Positions 17,017 to 25,094 of a DNA stretch of 25,094 bases are shown one piece after another (the first letter of the stretch is position 1; every line of letters starts with the position of its first letter). The stretch spans positions 7,206 to 32,299 of the forward strand of contig JBBIIG010000045.1 of assembly GCA_037446635.1 (NCBI GenBank), given 5' to 3'. Below the pieces are notes generated by a model that was not told the DNA's origin, searched no databases, and saw only the letters and a program-made list of their open reading frames with translations. This DNA comes from a bacterium (GTDB taxonomy: Bacteria > Zhuqueibacterota > Zhuqueibacteria > Oceanimicrobiales > Oceanimicrobiaceae). Both the position numbers and the translations under genes were made by a program.

Positions 17017-18462
17017 ATGTTAAAAAGAGAAGCCCAAATGGATGTTACTTTAGAGAATCACACGCGCCTGGCCACGGCGCGTTCGCTTTGGCAGGAACTA
17101 AAAGATGCCATTCGCGGAACAGAAGCTGACTACACCCAAATCGGCATCGGCAAGGCGGTGTTCCTGCTGGCAGTTCCAATGATTTTGGAATTGATCATGG
17201 AGTCCACCTTTGCGGTGGTGGATATCTACTTCGTTGGCACACTGGGCGCTTCGGCGGTGGCAACCGTCGGTTTGACGGAGACCTATTTGTTTCTGCTCTA
17301 TTCCATCGGCATTGGATTGTCGATGGCCGTTACCGCCATTGTTGCGAGGCGAATCGGAGAAAAGAACAAACAACAGGCTGGCCTCGCAGCCATTCAATCT
17401 ATTTTCATTGCCTTGCTCGTTTCCGTGCCGTTTGCTCTCACCGGCATCTTCTTTGCCAAAGACTTGCTGGGGCTGATGGGCGCCGATGCCTGGACGCTCG
17501 AGCACGGCTACCGTTACATGCAATGGATGCTGGGCGGCAACGCGGTGATCATGTTGCTGTTTGTGATCAATGCCATTTTCCGCGGCGCCGGCGATCCCGC
17601 CATTGCCATGCGTGTGCTGTGGATCGCCAACGGCTTCAACATCATTTTAGATCCAGTGCTTATTTTCGGACTGGGACCCTTTCCCGAATTAGGAATCGAA
17701 GGCGCCGCCATTGCCACCACTATCGGTAGAGGCATCGGCGTGCTTGCGCAACTGTGGCTGCTTTTCAAAGGTGGCAAACATATCCGGGTACTTCCTTCTC
17801 AGATTCATCTTCACTGGCCGACCATTGCCAATATCGTTCGGACTTCATGGGGTGGCATTGGGCAAATGATTATTGGCATGACTTCCTGGATTTTCATCAT
17901 GCGCATCCTTGCTGAATTTGGAAGCCAGACCGTGGCCGGCGCCACCATCGCACTGCGCATCATGATGTTCACGCTCATGCCGGCCTGGGGCATGTCGAAC
18001 GCAGTGGCGACGCTCGTCGGACAAAATCTCGGCGCCCAAAAACCGGAACGCGCTGAACGCGCAGTATGGGTGACCGGCTTCTGGAATATGCTGTTTTTGA
18101 TCGGGGTGTCGATTTTCTATTTTCTTTTCAGTGAATCACTGGTTAGCATTTTCACCGATGATGGCGGCGTCATCGCCGTCGGCGCAAAATGGCTGCGCAT
18201 CGTTTCCTATTCCTATTTTGTCTATGCCTGGTGGATGGTGGCGGTGCAGGCCTTCAATGGCGCCGGCGACACCGCCACCCCGACCAAAATCAACCTGGTC
18301 TTTTTCTGGTTGTTTCAAATTCCGCTTTCATACCTGATGGCAAAGACCCTCGGCATGGCGCATACAGGCGTGTTTTGGGCAATTTTCGTTTCAGAAACTT
18401 CGATAGGCCTGTTCACCTTGTGGCTCTTCAACCGCGGCGGGTGGAAGAAGGTGAAGGTGTGA
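17017..18462 (+). CDS. MATE family efflux transporter
   Basis: About 12 hydrophobic segments; AVVDIYFVGTLG, FRGAGD, NIILDPVLIFG...LGIEGAAIAT, VGQNLGA, FNGAGDT; AGGAG before ATG 17017. Confidence 0.92.
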   Translation: MLKREAQMDVTLENHTRLATARSLWQELKDAIRGTEADYTQIGIGKAVFLLAVPMILELIMESTFAVVDIYFVGTLGASAVATVGLTETYLFLLYSIGIGLSMAVTAIVARRIGEKNKQQAGLAAIQSIFIALLVSVPFALTGIFFAKDLLGLMGADAWTLEHGYRYMQWMLGGNAVIMLLFVINAIFRGAGDPAIAMRVLWIANGFNIILDPVLIFGLGPFPELGIEGAAIATTIGRGIGVLAQLWLLFKGGKHIRVLPSQIHLHWPTIANIVRTSWGGIGQMIIGMTSWIFIMRILAEFGSQTVAGATIALRIMMFTLMPAWGMSNAVATLVGQNLGAQKPERAERAVWVTGFWNMLFLIGVSIFYFLFSESLVSIFTDDGGVIAVGAKWLRIVSYSYFVYAWWMVAVQAFNGAGDTATPTKINLVFFWLFQIPLSYLMAKTLGMAHTGVFWAIFVSETSIGLFTLWLFNRGGWKKVKV

Positions 18463-18510
18463 AAACGGAAGTAAAAATAATGTCTAACCAATTCGAAAAA
18501 GGAGATGACC

Positions 18511-18984
18511 ATGCCAAAAATCACCCCATTCTTGTGGTTCGATAACCAGGCCGAGGAGGCCGCGAACTTTTACACCTCTATTTTCAAGAACTCAAAGGTT
18601 GTGAACGTGGCGCGCTACGGAGACGCAGGGCCGGGACCAAAGGGGTCAGTGATGACCGTTGTCTTCCAGATCGAGGAGCAGGAATTCATTGCGCTGAACG
18701 GCGGGCCGCAATTCAAATTCACCGAAGCCGTTTCGTTCGTCGTCAATTGCAAAACTCAGGAAGAGGTGGATTATTTTTGGGAGAAGCTCTCTGCCGGCGG
18801 GGAAATCCAAATGTGCGGCTGGCTCAAAGATAAATTTGGCTTGTCGTGGCAAATCGTCCCCACGGCTTTGGGCGAGCTGATGAGCGACCCGGATCCGATA
18901 AAATCACAGCGAGTCATGCAAGCCATGCTGCACATGCAGAAGCTCAACATCGAGCAATTGCAGCAGGCGTATGCGCAAAAATAA
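18511..18984 (+). CDS. VOC family protein (3-dmu-9_3-mt / PhnB-like)
   Basis: [19 protein letters not shown]...[16 protein letters not shown]...[16 protein letters not shown]. Confidence 0.9.
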   Translation: MPKITPFLWFDNQAEEAANFYTSIFKNSKVVNVARYGDAGPGPKGSVMTVVFQIEEQEFIALNGGPQFKFTEAVSFVVNCKTQEEVDYFWEKLSAGGEIQMCGWLKDKFGLSWQIVPTALGELMSDPDPIKSQRVMQAMLHMQKLNIEQLQQAYAQK

Positions 18985-18996
18985 GGAGAAACACTC

Positions 18997-19446
18997 ATGG
19001 ACACATTACGTTTTTCAATCGTTATCAACGCCCCCAAAGAAAGAGTTTGGAACACCATGCTCGACGACGCTACCTACCGGCAGTGGACGGAAGCCTTTAC
19101 GCCCGGTTCCCACTACGTCGGCGACTGGAGCAAAGGCAGCAAAATTCTTTTCCTTGGACCGGACCCGGCCGGCAAGCTGTCCGGCATAGTGAGCCGAATC
19201 AAAGAAAACCGGCGCTACGAGTACATCTCCATCGAACACCTTGGCGTTGTGCAAGATGGCAAAGAAGACACAACCAGCGACGCGGTGAAGGCGTGGGCCG
19301 GCGCGCACGAAAATTACACCTTCAAGGAGAGGGGCGGCAAAACCGAAGTGCTAGTGGAGATGGATTCGGCGGACGAGTACAAGGAGATGTTCCAAGAAAA
19401 GTGGCCGCAAGCGCTGCAAAAACTCAAAGAGTTGGCGGAGGAGTAG
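18997..19446 (+). CDS. SRPBCC / AHSA1-like ligand-binding protein
   Basis: INAPKERVW...YRQWT...ENYTF...WPQALQKLKELAE helix-grip pattern. Confidence 0.85.
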   Translation: MDTLRFSIVINAPKERVWNTMLDDATYRQWTEAFTPGSHYVGDWSKGSKILFLGPDPAGKLSGIVSRIKENRRYEYISIEHLGVVQDGKEDTTSDAVKAWAGAHENYTFKERGGKTEVLVEMDSADEYKEMFQEKWPQALQKLKELAEE

Positions 19447-19481
19447 AGCGAATTCACTATTAGAAATCGGCGATCGAGTTA

Positions 19482-19937
19482 ATGTTGAAGAATATAGTAA
19501 ACTTGAAACTTGCCGAGCAAATCACGGGATTTTTGCTGCGGGTGGTGTCGGGGCTGCTTTTTCTGCAGGCTGGCGGCATGAAACTCTTCGGCTGGTTCGG
19601 AGGCATGCCCGGCGGCGGCACCGCGCCGCTGCTCTCCCAAATTGGCATTGGCGGAGTGCTGGAGGTAGTGGGCGGTATCGCCATGATGCTCGGTCTGTTT
19701 ATCCGGCCGGTGGCCTTCATTTTATCCGGTGAGATGGCCGTGGCGTACTGGCAATTTCATGCGCCCAGTGGCGCGTGGCCGATCCAAAATCAGGGCGTGC
19801 CGGCGGTGCTGTTTTGTTTCATCTTTTTGTTTTTCGCGGCGTACGGCGCCGGTGATTGGAGCCTCGATGCGCTTTGGCGGCGCCGTGCTCTAAATCGTTC
19901 CCACAAGAATTCCCCTACAATTGCGGAGAAAAGATGA
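19482..19937 (+). CDS. DoxX family membrane protein
   Basis: LLRVVSGLLF..GGMKLFG, LEVVGG..LGLFIRPVAFILSGEMAVAY, GAGDWSLD. Confidence 0.9.
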   Translation: MLKNIVNLKLAEQITGFLLRVVSGLLFLQAGGMKLFGWFGGMPGGGTAPLLSQIGIGGVLEVVGGIAMMLGLFIRPVAFILSGEMAVAYWQFHAPSGAWPIQNQGVPAVLFCFIFLFFAAYGAGDWSLDALWRRRALNRSHKNSPTIAEKR

Positions 19938-20314
19938 AGTATCTTTGTTTGGCCTACGAGGAGGAAAGCATCCTCAACGCGATGTCCCAAAGTGAGTGGA
20001 GCGCGCTAAGAGCGGAAACTCTGGCCTATGTGGAAGAATTACAGAAAAACGGCTATCTGATTGCCGCGGAGCCCCTGCAGAGCGTTCGTACCGCCGCCAC
20101 GGTGCGGGTTCGCAACAACAAGGTCGCTGTCACCGATGGCCCTTTCGCCGAGACCAAGGAGACGCTCGGTGGTTTCTTCCTGATCAACGCGCGCGATCTA
20201 AACGAGGCGATTCAAGTGGCCTCGCGGTGGCCGTCGGCGCGTTTCGGGAGTATCGAGGTTCGTCCCATCGCGGAGGAGCTTCGAGAAAGCGGCCGTTATT
20301 CGCCAGCGCCATGA
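19934..20314 (+). CDS. YCII-related (DGPF) protein
   Basis: MKYLCLAY...TDGPFAETKETLGGFFLI...IEVRPI; ATGA overlap with DoxX. Confidence 0.92.
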   Translation: MKYLCLAYEEESILNAMSQSEWSALRAETLAYVEELQKNGYLIAAEPLQSVRTAATVRVRNNKVAVTDGPFAETKETLGGFFLINARDLNEAIQVASRWPSARFGSIEVRPIAEELRESGRYSPAP

Positions 20315-20367
20315 GGCGTTGGCCACGGCATATCACTGAATCTTAAACAAATTAAAGGAGGAACACG

Positions 20368-20796
20368 ATGGCCACGATGAATCCTTATTTGAACTTTAAG
20401 GGCAACACCGAAGAAGCCTTCAATTTTTACAAATCCGTTTTTGGCGGAGAATTCATGACGCTGCAGCGTTTCAAAGATACGCCGGCGGCGGACAAAATCC
20501 CGGCAAACGAAAAAGCAAAAATTATGCACGTCGCCTTACCCATTGGAAAAGGAAACGTACTCATGGGAACCGACGCACTGGAATCAATGGGGCAGAAATT
20601 GACAATCGGCAACAATTTTTATATCTCCATTAACGCGGAAAGTAAAGAAGAAGCGGAGAAACTTTTTAACGGACTCTCGGCCGGCGGGAAAATCGAAATG
20701 CCGCTTCAGGATGCTTTCTGGGGCGCCTACTTTGGGATGTTCACCGACAAGTTCGGCATTCAGTGGATGGTCAATTACGATTATAATCAAAAATGA
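20368..20796 (+). CDS. VOC family protein (PhnB-like)
   Basis: NPYLNFKGNTEEAFNFYKSVFGGE...IMHVAL...FWGAYFGMFTDKFGIQWMVN; AAGGAGG RBS. Confidence 0.9.
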   Translation: MATMNPYLNFKGNTEEAFNFYKSVFGGEFMTLQRFKDTPAADKIPANEKAKIMHVALPIGKGNVLMGTDALESMGQKLTIGNNFYISINAESKEEAEKLFNGLSAGGKIEMPLQDAFWGAYFGMFTDKFGIQWMVNYDYNQK

Positions 20797-20892
20797 GAAA
20801 ATGATGTTGGAACCCGAATGACATCGCTTGGATTGGAAAAAAACGACCTGATATGGGAAAACTAAACCTTCAACCCCAGAAAGGAGAAAGCC

Positions 20893-22071
20893 ATGAGCAA
20901 GGTTCGAGTTTTGGTTGGCACGCGCAAGGGCGCGTTTATTCTCACCTCCGACGGCAAGCGCCAGAAGTGGGAAGTGAGCGGGCCGCATTTTGCCGGCTGG
21001 GAAATTTATCATATCAAAGGCTCGTCGGTTGATCCAAATCGGATTTATGCCTCACAGACCAGCGGCTGGTTCGGGCAGATCATCCAACGCTCCGATGACG
21101 GCGGCAAAACCTGGCACCAACCCGGCACGCCTCCCGGCGAGCCCACCACCACCCCAGAGGGCTGGCCCAAAGGCGAAAGCAACAAGTTCGTTTACGATAC
21201 CGCCGCAGCGCCGCTGACCACGCATCAGTGGTACGACGGCACCCAGCATCCGTGGGAATTCAAGCGTGTGTGGCACCTCGAGCCGTCGCTGAGCGACCCA
21301 GACACCGTTTACGCCGGCGTGGAAGACGCCGCCCTGTTCCGCACCACCGACGGCGGCAAATCCTGGCATGAGCTCGCGGGACTGCGCGGCCACGGCACCG
21401 GATCACAATGGGCGCCGGGCGCCGGCGGCATGTGCCTGCATTCCATCCTTTTGGATCCCAAAAATCCCAAACGAATTTATATTGCCATCTCCGCGGCGGG
21501 CGCGTTTCGTAGCGATGATGGCGGCAAATCATGGAAACCGATCAACAAAGGGCTGCAGTCGCAATACATTCCCGATCCGGACGCCGAGATCGGTCACTGC
21601 GTTCATCACATCGCGATGAATCCGTTGCGGCCGGACGTACTGTTCATGCAGAAGCACTGGGATGTCATGCGCAGCAACGACGCCGGCGACTCGTGGCATG
21701 AGGTCAGCGGCAATCTGCCCACCGACTTCGGCTTTGTGATTGACGTCCACGCCCACGAGCCGGAGACCATCTACGTCGTGCCCATCAAAAGCGACTCCGA
21801 GCACTACCCACCGGACGGCAAATTGCGCGTCTATCGCAGCCGCACCGGCGGCAACGAATGGGAAGCGCTCACGAACGGTTTGCCGCAAAAGGACTGTTAC
21901 GTCAATGTTTTGCGCGACGCGATGGCGGTGGATTCGCTAGATAAGTGCGGCATCTACTTTGGCACCACCGGCGGCCAGGTGTATTGTTCGCCCGACGCTG
22001 GCGATAGTTGGGCGCCAATCGTCCGTGATCTGCCGGCGGTGCTGTCGGTGGAAGTTCAAACGCTGCGGTAA
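20893..22071 (+). CDS. Cytoplasmic BNR/Asp-box beta-propeller protein of unknown function
   Basis: About six Asp-boxes ([54 protein letters not shown]); no signal peptide; AAGGAG RBS. Confidence 0.85.
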   Translation: MSKVRVLVGTRKGAFILTSDGKRQKWEVSGPHFAGWEIYHIKGSSVDPNRIYASQTSGWFGQIIQRSDDGGKTWHQPGTPPGEPTTTPEGWPKGESNKFVYDTAAAPLTTHQWYDGTQHPWEFKRVWHLEPSLSDPDTVYAGVEDAALFRTTDGGKSWHELAGLRGHGTGSQWAPGAGGMCLHSILLDPKNPKRIYIAISAAGAFRSDDGGKSWKPINKGLQSQYIPDPDAEIGHCVHHIAMNPLRPDVLFMQKHWDVMRSNDAGDSWHEVSGNLPTDFGFVIDVHAHEPETIYVVPIKSDSEHYPPDGKLRVYRSRTGGNEWEALTNGLPQKDCYVNVLRDAMAVDSLDKCGIYFGTTGGQVYCSPDAGDSWAPIVRDLPAVLSVEVQTLR

Positions 22072-22079
22072 CAAGCCAC

Positions 22080-22108
22080 GTAGGGAACGCATAGTATGCG
22101 TTCCCTAC
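22080..22108. repeat. Perfect GTAG-type REP palindrome
   Basis: GTAGGGAACGCATA-G-TATGCGTTCCCTAC (14-bp perfect arms); second copy at 24389-24416. Confidence 0.9.
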
Positions 22109-22166
22109 CAATTCAACCTTCGCGGTGTTTGGTATCAGTTTTTGACTTTCTACTTTGGAATTTCTT

Positions 22167-22469
22167 ATGAGTGCCATTAGAATAACGCTTCCGTTTCATC
22201 TGCGAAACCTGGCGCAGGTCGGCGCCGAGGTGACACTGGAGATCGAGGGTCCGGTCACGATCCGTGCGGTGTTGGACGCGCTCGAGGCTCGGTATCCGAT
22301 GCTGGCCGGTACCATCCGCGACCACGTCACCCAGCAGCGCCGACCGTTCCTGCGATTTTTTGCGTGTGAGGAGGATTGGTCGCACGAGTCGCCAGATGCG
22401 CCGCTGCCGGAGGCAGTTGCATCCGGGCGAGAGCCACTGTTCATTGTGGGAGCGATTGCGGGCGGGTAG
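22167..22469 (+). CDS. MoaD/ThiS family ubiquitin-like protein with C-terminal Gly-Gly
   Basis: 100 aa; beta-grasp pattern [11 protein letters not shown]...[16 protein letters not shown]...RRPFLRFF...[12 protein letters not shown]. Confidence 0.88.
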   Translation: MSAIRITLPFHLRNLAQVGAEVTLEIEGPVTIRAVLDALEARYPMLAGTIRDHVTQQRRPFLRFFACEEDWSHESPDAPLPEAVASGREPLFIVGAIAGG

Positions 22470-22555
22470 GACCTGGCTCAAAACCACCTGAAGCCAAATG
22501 GTCGAATGCCTAAGTTTTGCATGAGGCTTAAGTTAGAATTTAAGGAGGAACAAGA

Positions 22556-24019
22556 GTGACTCTTAAACCCAACTTCCACATGACCCCGGAAGATTTTCGC
22601 CGCCACGGTCATGCCGTGGTAGATTGGATCGCAGATTACTATCAAAACATCGAATCGTTTCCGGTCTTATCGCAAGTGCAGCCGGGACAGATACGCGCCG
22701 CGCTTCCTGCCGATCCCCCCGTACGCGGCGAAGCTTTTGAAAACATCCTTGCCGATGTTGACAAACTGATTATGCGGGGAATCACTCACTGGCAGTCACC
22801 GAACTTCTTCGCCTATTTTCCGGCCAATGCCTCCGGCCCCTCCATTCTCGGCGAACTGCTCTCCGCCGGCCTGGGTGTGCAGGGGATGCTGTGGGCGACC
22901 AGCCCGTCCTGCACCGAACTCGAAACGCACGTGCTGGACTGGCTCGTGGATATGCTCGGCTTGCCGGGCAAGTTTAAATCCAACAGCACCGGTGGGGGCG
23001 TAATTCAGGATACGGCCTCCAGCGCCACGCTCTGTGCTCTGCTCGCCGCGCGCGAGCGCGCCACCAATTATCGCAGCAACGAACAGGGCTGCCTGTCTGC
23101 TCAGGCAGGCGATGGCAAGCTTGTCGCTTATGCCTCCAACCAGGCGCATTCGTCCGTCGAGAAAGCCGTGAAGATTGCCGGGCTGGGGCGCGAGAATCTC
23201 CGCCTGATCGACGTGGATGATCGCTTTGCCCTTCGCCCGGACGTGCTGGAGAGACAGATTAAACTCGATCGCAAAAATGGCCGGGTTCCGTGCTTCGTGT
23301 GTGCCACGGTGGGAACGACGTCCTCCAACGCTATCGATCCCGTTGCGGAGATTGGGCGTATCTGTCGCGAGCAGGGCCTCTGGCTGCACGTCGATGCGGC
23401 CATGTCCGGCACCGCGGCGCTCTGCCCGGAATATCGCTTCATCCACGATGGCGTGGAGCTGGCCGACAGCTACGCCTTTAATCCCCACAAGTGGATGTTC
23501 ACAAATTTTGATTGCGACTGCTTCTATGTGGCGGACCGCGAGGCTTTGATCAAGACGCTGAGTGTGCTGCCGGAATACCTGCGCAATCCGGCCACGGAGT
23601 CCGGCGCTGTCATCGACTACCGCGACTGGCACGTCCAACTTGGCCGGCGCTTCCGGTCTCTCAAGCTCTGGTTCGTTATTCGCCATTACGGCATCGAAGG
23701 CTTGCGTTACCACATCAAACGCCACGTAGAACTGGCGCAAGAATTGGCCAAATGGATTGAGGCGTCGGAGCGCTTCGAGTTGACGGCGCCAGCGCCCTTG
23801 AACCTAATTTGCTTTCGACATATCGGAGGCGAATCCATCAACCAACGCTTAATGGCCCGACTCAATCAGAGCGGCCGCTTATATTTGACCCACACCACCC
23901 TCAACGGCCAATTCACCCTGCGCTTATGTGTAGGACAGACCCAAACTGAGGAACGTCACGTGGTTGAGGCCTGGCGATTGATTCAGGAAACTGCCAAGGC
24001 ATTCGAGATGGAAACTTAA
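22556..24019 (+). CDS. Group II PLP-dependent decarboxylase (aromatic-L-amino-acid/DOPA decarboxylase-like)
   Basis: THWQSPNFFAYFP, SPSCTELE, AHSSVEKA, WLHVDAA, FNPHKW (PLP lysine), LGRRFRSLKLWFV; AAGGAGG before GTG. Confidence 0.93.
   Translation: MTLKPNFHMTPEDFRRHGHAVVDWIADYYQNIESFPVLSQVQPGQIRAALPADPPVRGEAFENILADVDKLIMRGITHWQSPNFFAYFPANASGPSILGELLSAGLGVQGMLWATSPSCTELETHVLDWLVDMLGLPGKFKSNSTGGGVIQDTASSATLCALLAARERATNYRSNEQGCLSAQAGDGKLVAYASNQAHSSVEKAVKIAGLGRENLRLIDVDDRFALRPDVLERQIKLDRKNGRVPCFVCATVGTTSSNAIDPVAEIGRICREQGLWLHVDAAMSGTAALCPEYRFIHDGVELADSYAFNPHKWMFTNFDCDCFYVADREALIKTLSVLPEYLRNPATESGAVIDYRDWHVQLGRRFRSLKLWFVIRHYGIEGLRYHIKRHVELAQELAKWIEASERFELTAPAPLNLICFRHIGGESINQRLMARLNQSGRLYLTHTTLNGQFTLRLCVGQTQTEERHVVEAWRLIQETAKAFEMET
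23091..23110. repeat. GCCTGYCTGC-type palindrome inside the decarboxylase coding sequence
   Basis: GCCTGTCTGCTCAGGCAGGC, 18/20 identical to intergenic GCCTGCCTGCGCAGGCAGGC (2064-2083); both are followed by GATG. Confidence 0.75.
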
Positions 24020-24232
24020 ACGACGCCGGACGATGGGGCAGGACTTTTTAAGATGTTCTGAAAGGTACTATCGAAATCCAACCGGCTCCATTAGTTTTAC
24101 AAATGGGGAGTCGGTACGAACGGGGTCAAGCTTTGGATCAACCCCAAGCCAGGCCATCCAGCCAACCCGCTCTTTGATTGACAATTCTTGCGGAGAGTCC
24201 GTTTGTGAGTAAAATTGCGAAAGACAGCAAGC

Positions 24233-24362
24233 GCCCAACACAGCGTGCGGCGGAACAGCCGGGTATGCTCCCCGCCTGAAGCGAATCTGTCCCTTTGAGT
24301 TGTTTCTACGCTCGAAGTTTTCCCTGCCAAGTCCCGCCTGCCGCTAACGCAAGCCGTTAGAA
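24233..24362 (+). mobile_element. Solo integron attC-like recombination site
   Basis: R'' GCCCAAC (RYYYAAC), L''-like GCGTGCGGCGG, L'-like CCGCTAACGC, R' GTTAGAA; 130 bp; no integrase in the window. Confidence 0.55.
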
Positions 24363-24388
24363 CAAGGTTATTGTAAATTGTTAGATAC

Positions 24389-24416
24389 GCAGGGAACGCA
24401 TAGTATGCGTTCCTGC
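24389..24416. repeat. Second, degenerate copy of the 22080 REP
   Basis: GCAGGGAACGCATAGTATGCGTTCCTGC. Confidence 0.85.
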
Positions 24417-24642
24417 ATGAACCTTACTATTGAATCGAGTGTTTGGGCCTTTTCATCAAAATACAAAGTTTCACGAACACGGAGATCACGTTGGCTTAAC
24501 CCCGGCGGTTAATTTAGACGACTGCTGATGTGCTAATTTTCGAGGTTATTTGATTTTTTTAGTAAAAAAACGTGCTTTTTACATTTGAACGGTCTATATT
24601 CATTCTCAGGATGAAAATAAAATAATTGCAAAGGACACTTGC

Positions 24643-25094
24643 ATGGGAAGCGGCAAGAAAACGAGCGCACAGCTTGGGGGTGATCGCGATACGACAAAAA
24701 AATATATAGAGAAACTCGAATTATCAATAAGAGAAAACCAATTACAATTGAAGAATGCCCAGGACTCCTTAATCTTTTTGAACAGCATTTTAGACACGGT
24801 TCGACAACCACTTCTTGTTCTCGATAAGGAGCTACAGGTCGTGTTTGCGAATCGCATGTTTTATGAGTTCTTCAAGGTCGTTCCGCAGGAAACCGTCGCT
24901 CAGTTGCTCTTCGATCTCGGCGAGCAGCAGTGGAATATTCCCGGGCTGCGCGTGATGTTAGAGACCATTCTGCCCCAAGACACCCAATTTGACAACTTCG
25001 AGGTCGAGCACGACTTTCCAGATATCGGATGGAAAATCATGGTGCTGAACGCGCGAAGATTGTACCGCGAAAAAAACCGGACACAGATGATCTT
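24643..25094 (+). CDS. PAS-domain signal transduction protein, truncated by the window edge (not in the ORF track)
   Basis: Open frame from ATG 24643 to the end: ...SILDTVRQPLLVLDKELQVVFANRMFYEFF...DLGEQQWNIPGLR...FEVEHDFPDIGWKIMVLNARR; AAGGA RBS. Confidence 0.82.
   Translation, partial: MGSGKKTSAQLGGDRDTTKKYIEKLELSIRENQLQLKNAQDSLIFLNSILDTVRQPLLVLDKELQVVFANRMFYEFFKVVPQETVAQLLFDLGEQQWNIPGLRVMLETILPQDTQFDNFEVEHDFPDIGWKIMVLNARRLYREKNRTQMI

Noticed and set aside
18107..18138. Third TGTCGATTTT as another ECF42 promoter
   Set aside because: It lies inside the MATE coding sequence and lacks CGAC at the 17-nt spacing.
20893..22071. Calling the beta-propeller a sialidase or glycoside hydrolase
   Set aside because: Asp-boxes are structural only. 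No RIP/FRIP sialidase motif or export signal is seen.
539..23740. Long antisense ORFs (539..1402, 11644..12264, 14648..15352, 22796..23740 and similar)
   Set aside because: They are shadows of well-supported genes on the opposite strand and have no recognisable motifs.

Overview
Bacterial chromosomal window with four parts. (1) An M1/LTA4H-type lipoprotein aminopeptidase split by one frameshift at about 557. (2) A minus-strand histidine operon, hisG-D-C-B-H-A-F-I, with no hisE or histidinol-phosphatase gene. It is preceded by a sigma70-like promoter, a His-rich 33-aa leader peptide missing from the ORF track, an antiterminator and an intrinsic terminator. (3) A divergent fadD versus AhpD/CMD-like gene, fabF and an ACT-domain gene. 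(4) An ECF42-type sigma factor followed by a co-oriented cluster: three YCII/DGPF proteins, three VOC/PhnB-like proteins, a MATE transporter, SRPBCC, DoxX, a cytoplasmic Asp-box beta-propeller, a ubiquitin-like MoaD/ThiS protein ending in GG, and a group II PLP decarboxylase. Two near-identical ECF42-type promoters (TGTCGATTTT-N13-CGACTATTG) lie in this cluster. The window ends with a solo attC-like site and a truncated PAS-domain gene. Intergenic spaces carry several families of small palindromic elements, some nested. One 18-nt palindromic unit also appears in frame inside the decarboxylase gene. No transposase, integrase, rRNA, tRNA or CRISPR array was found. All calls come from motif reading without database searches.
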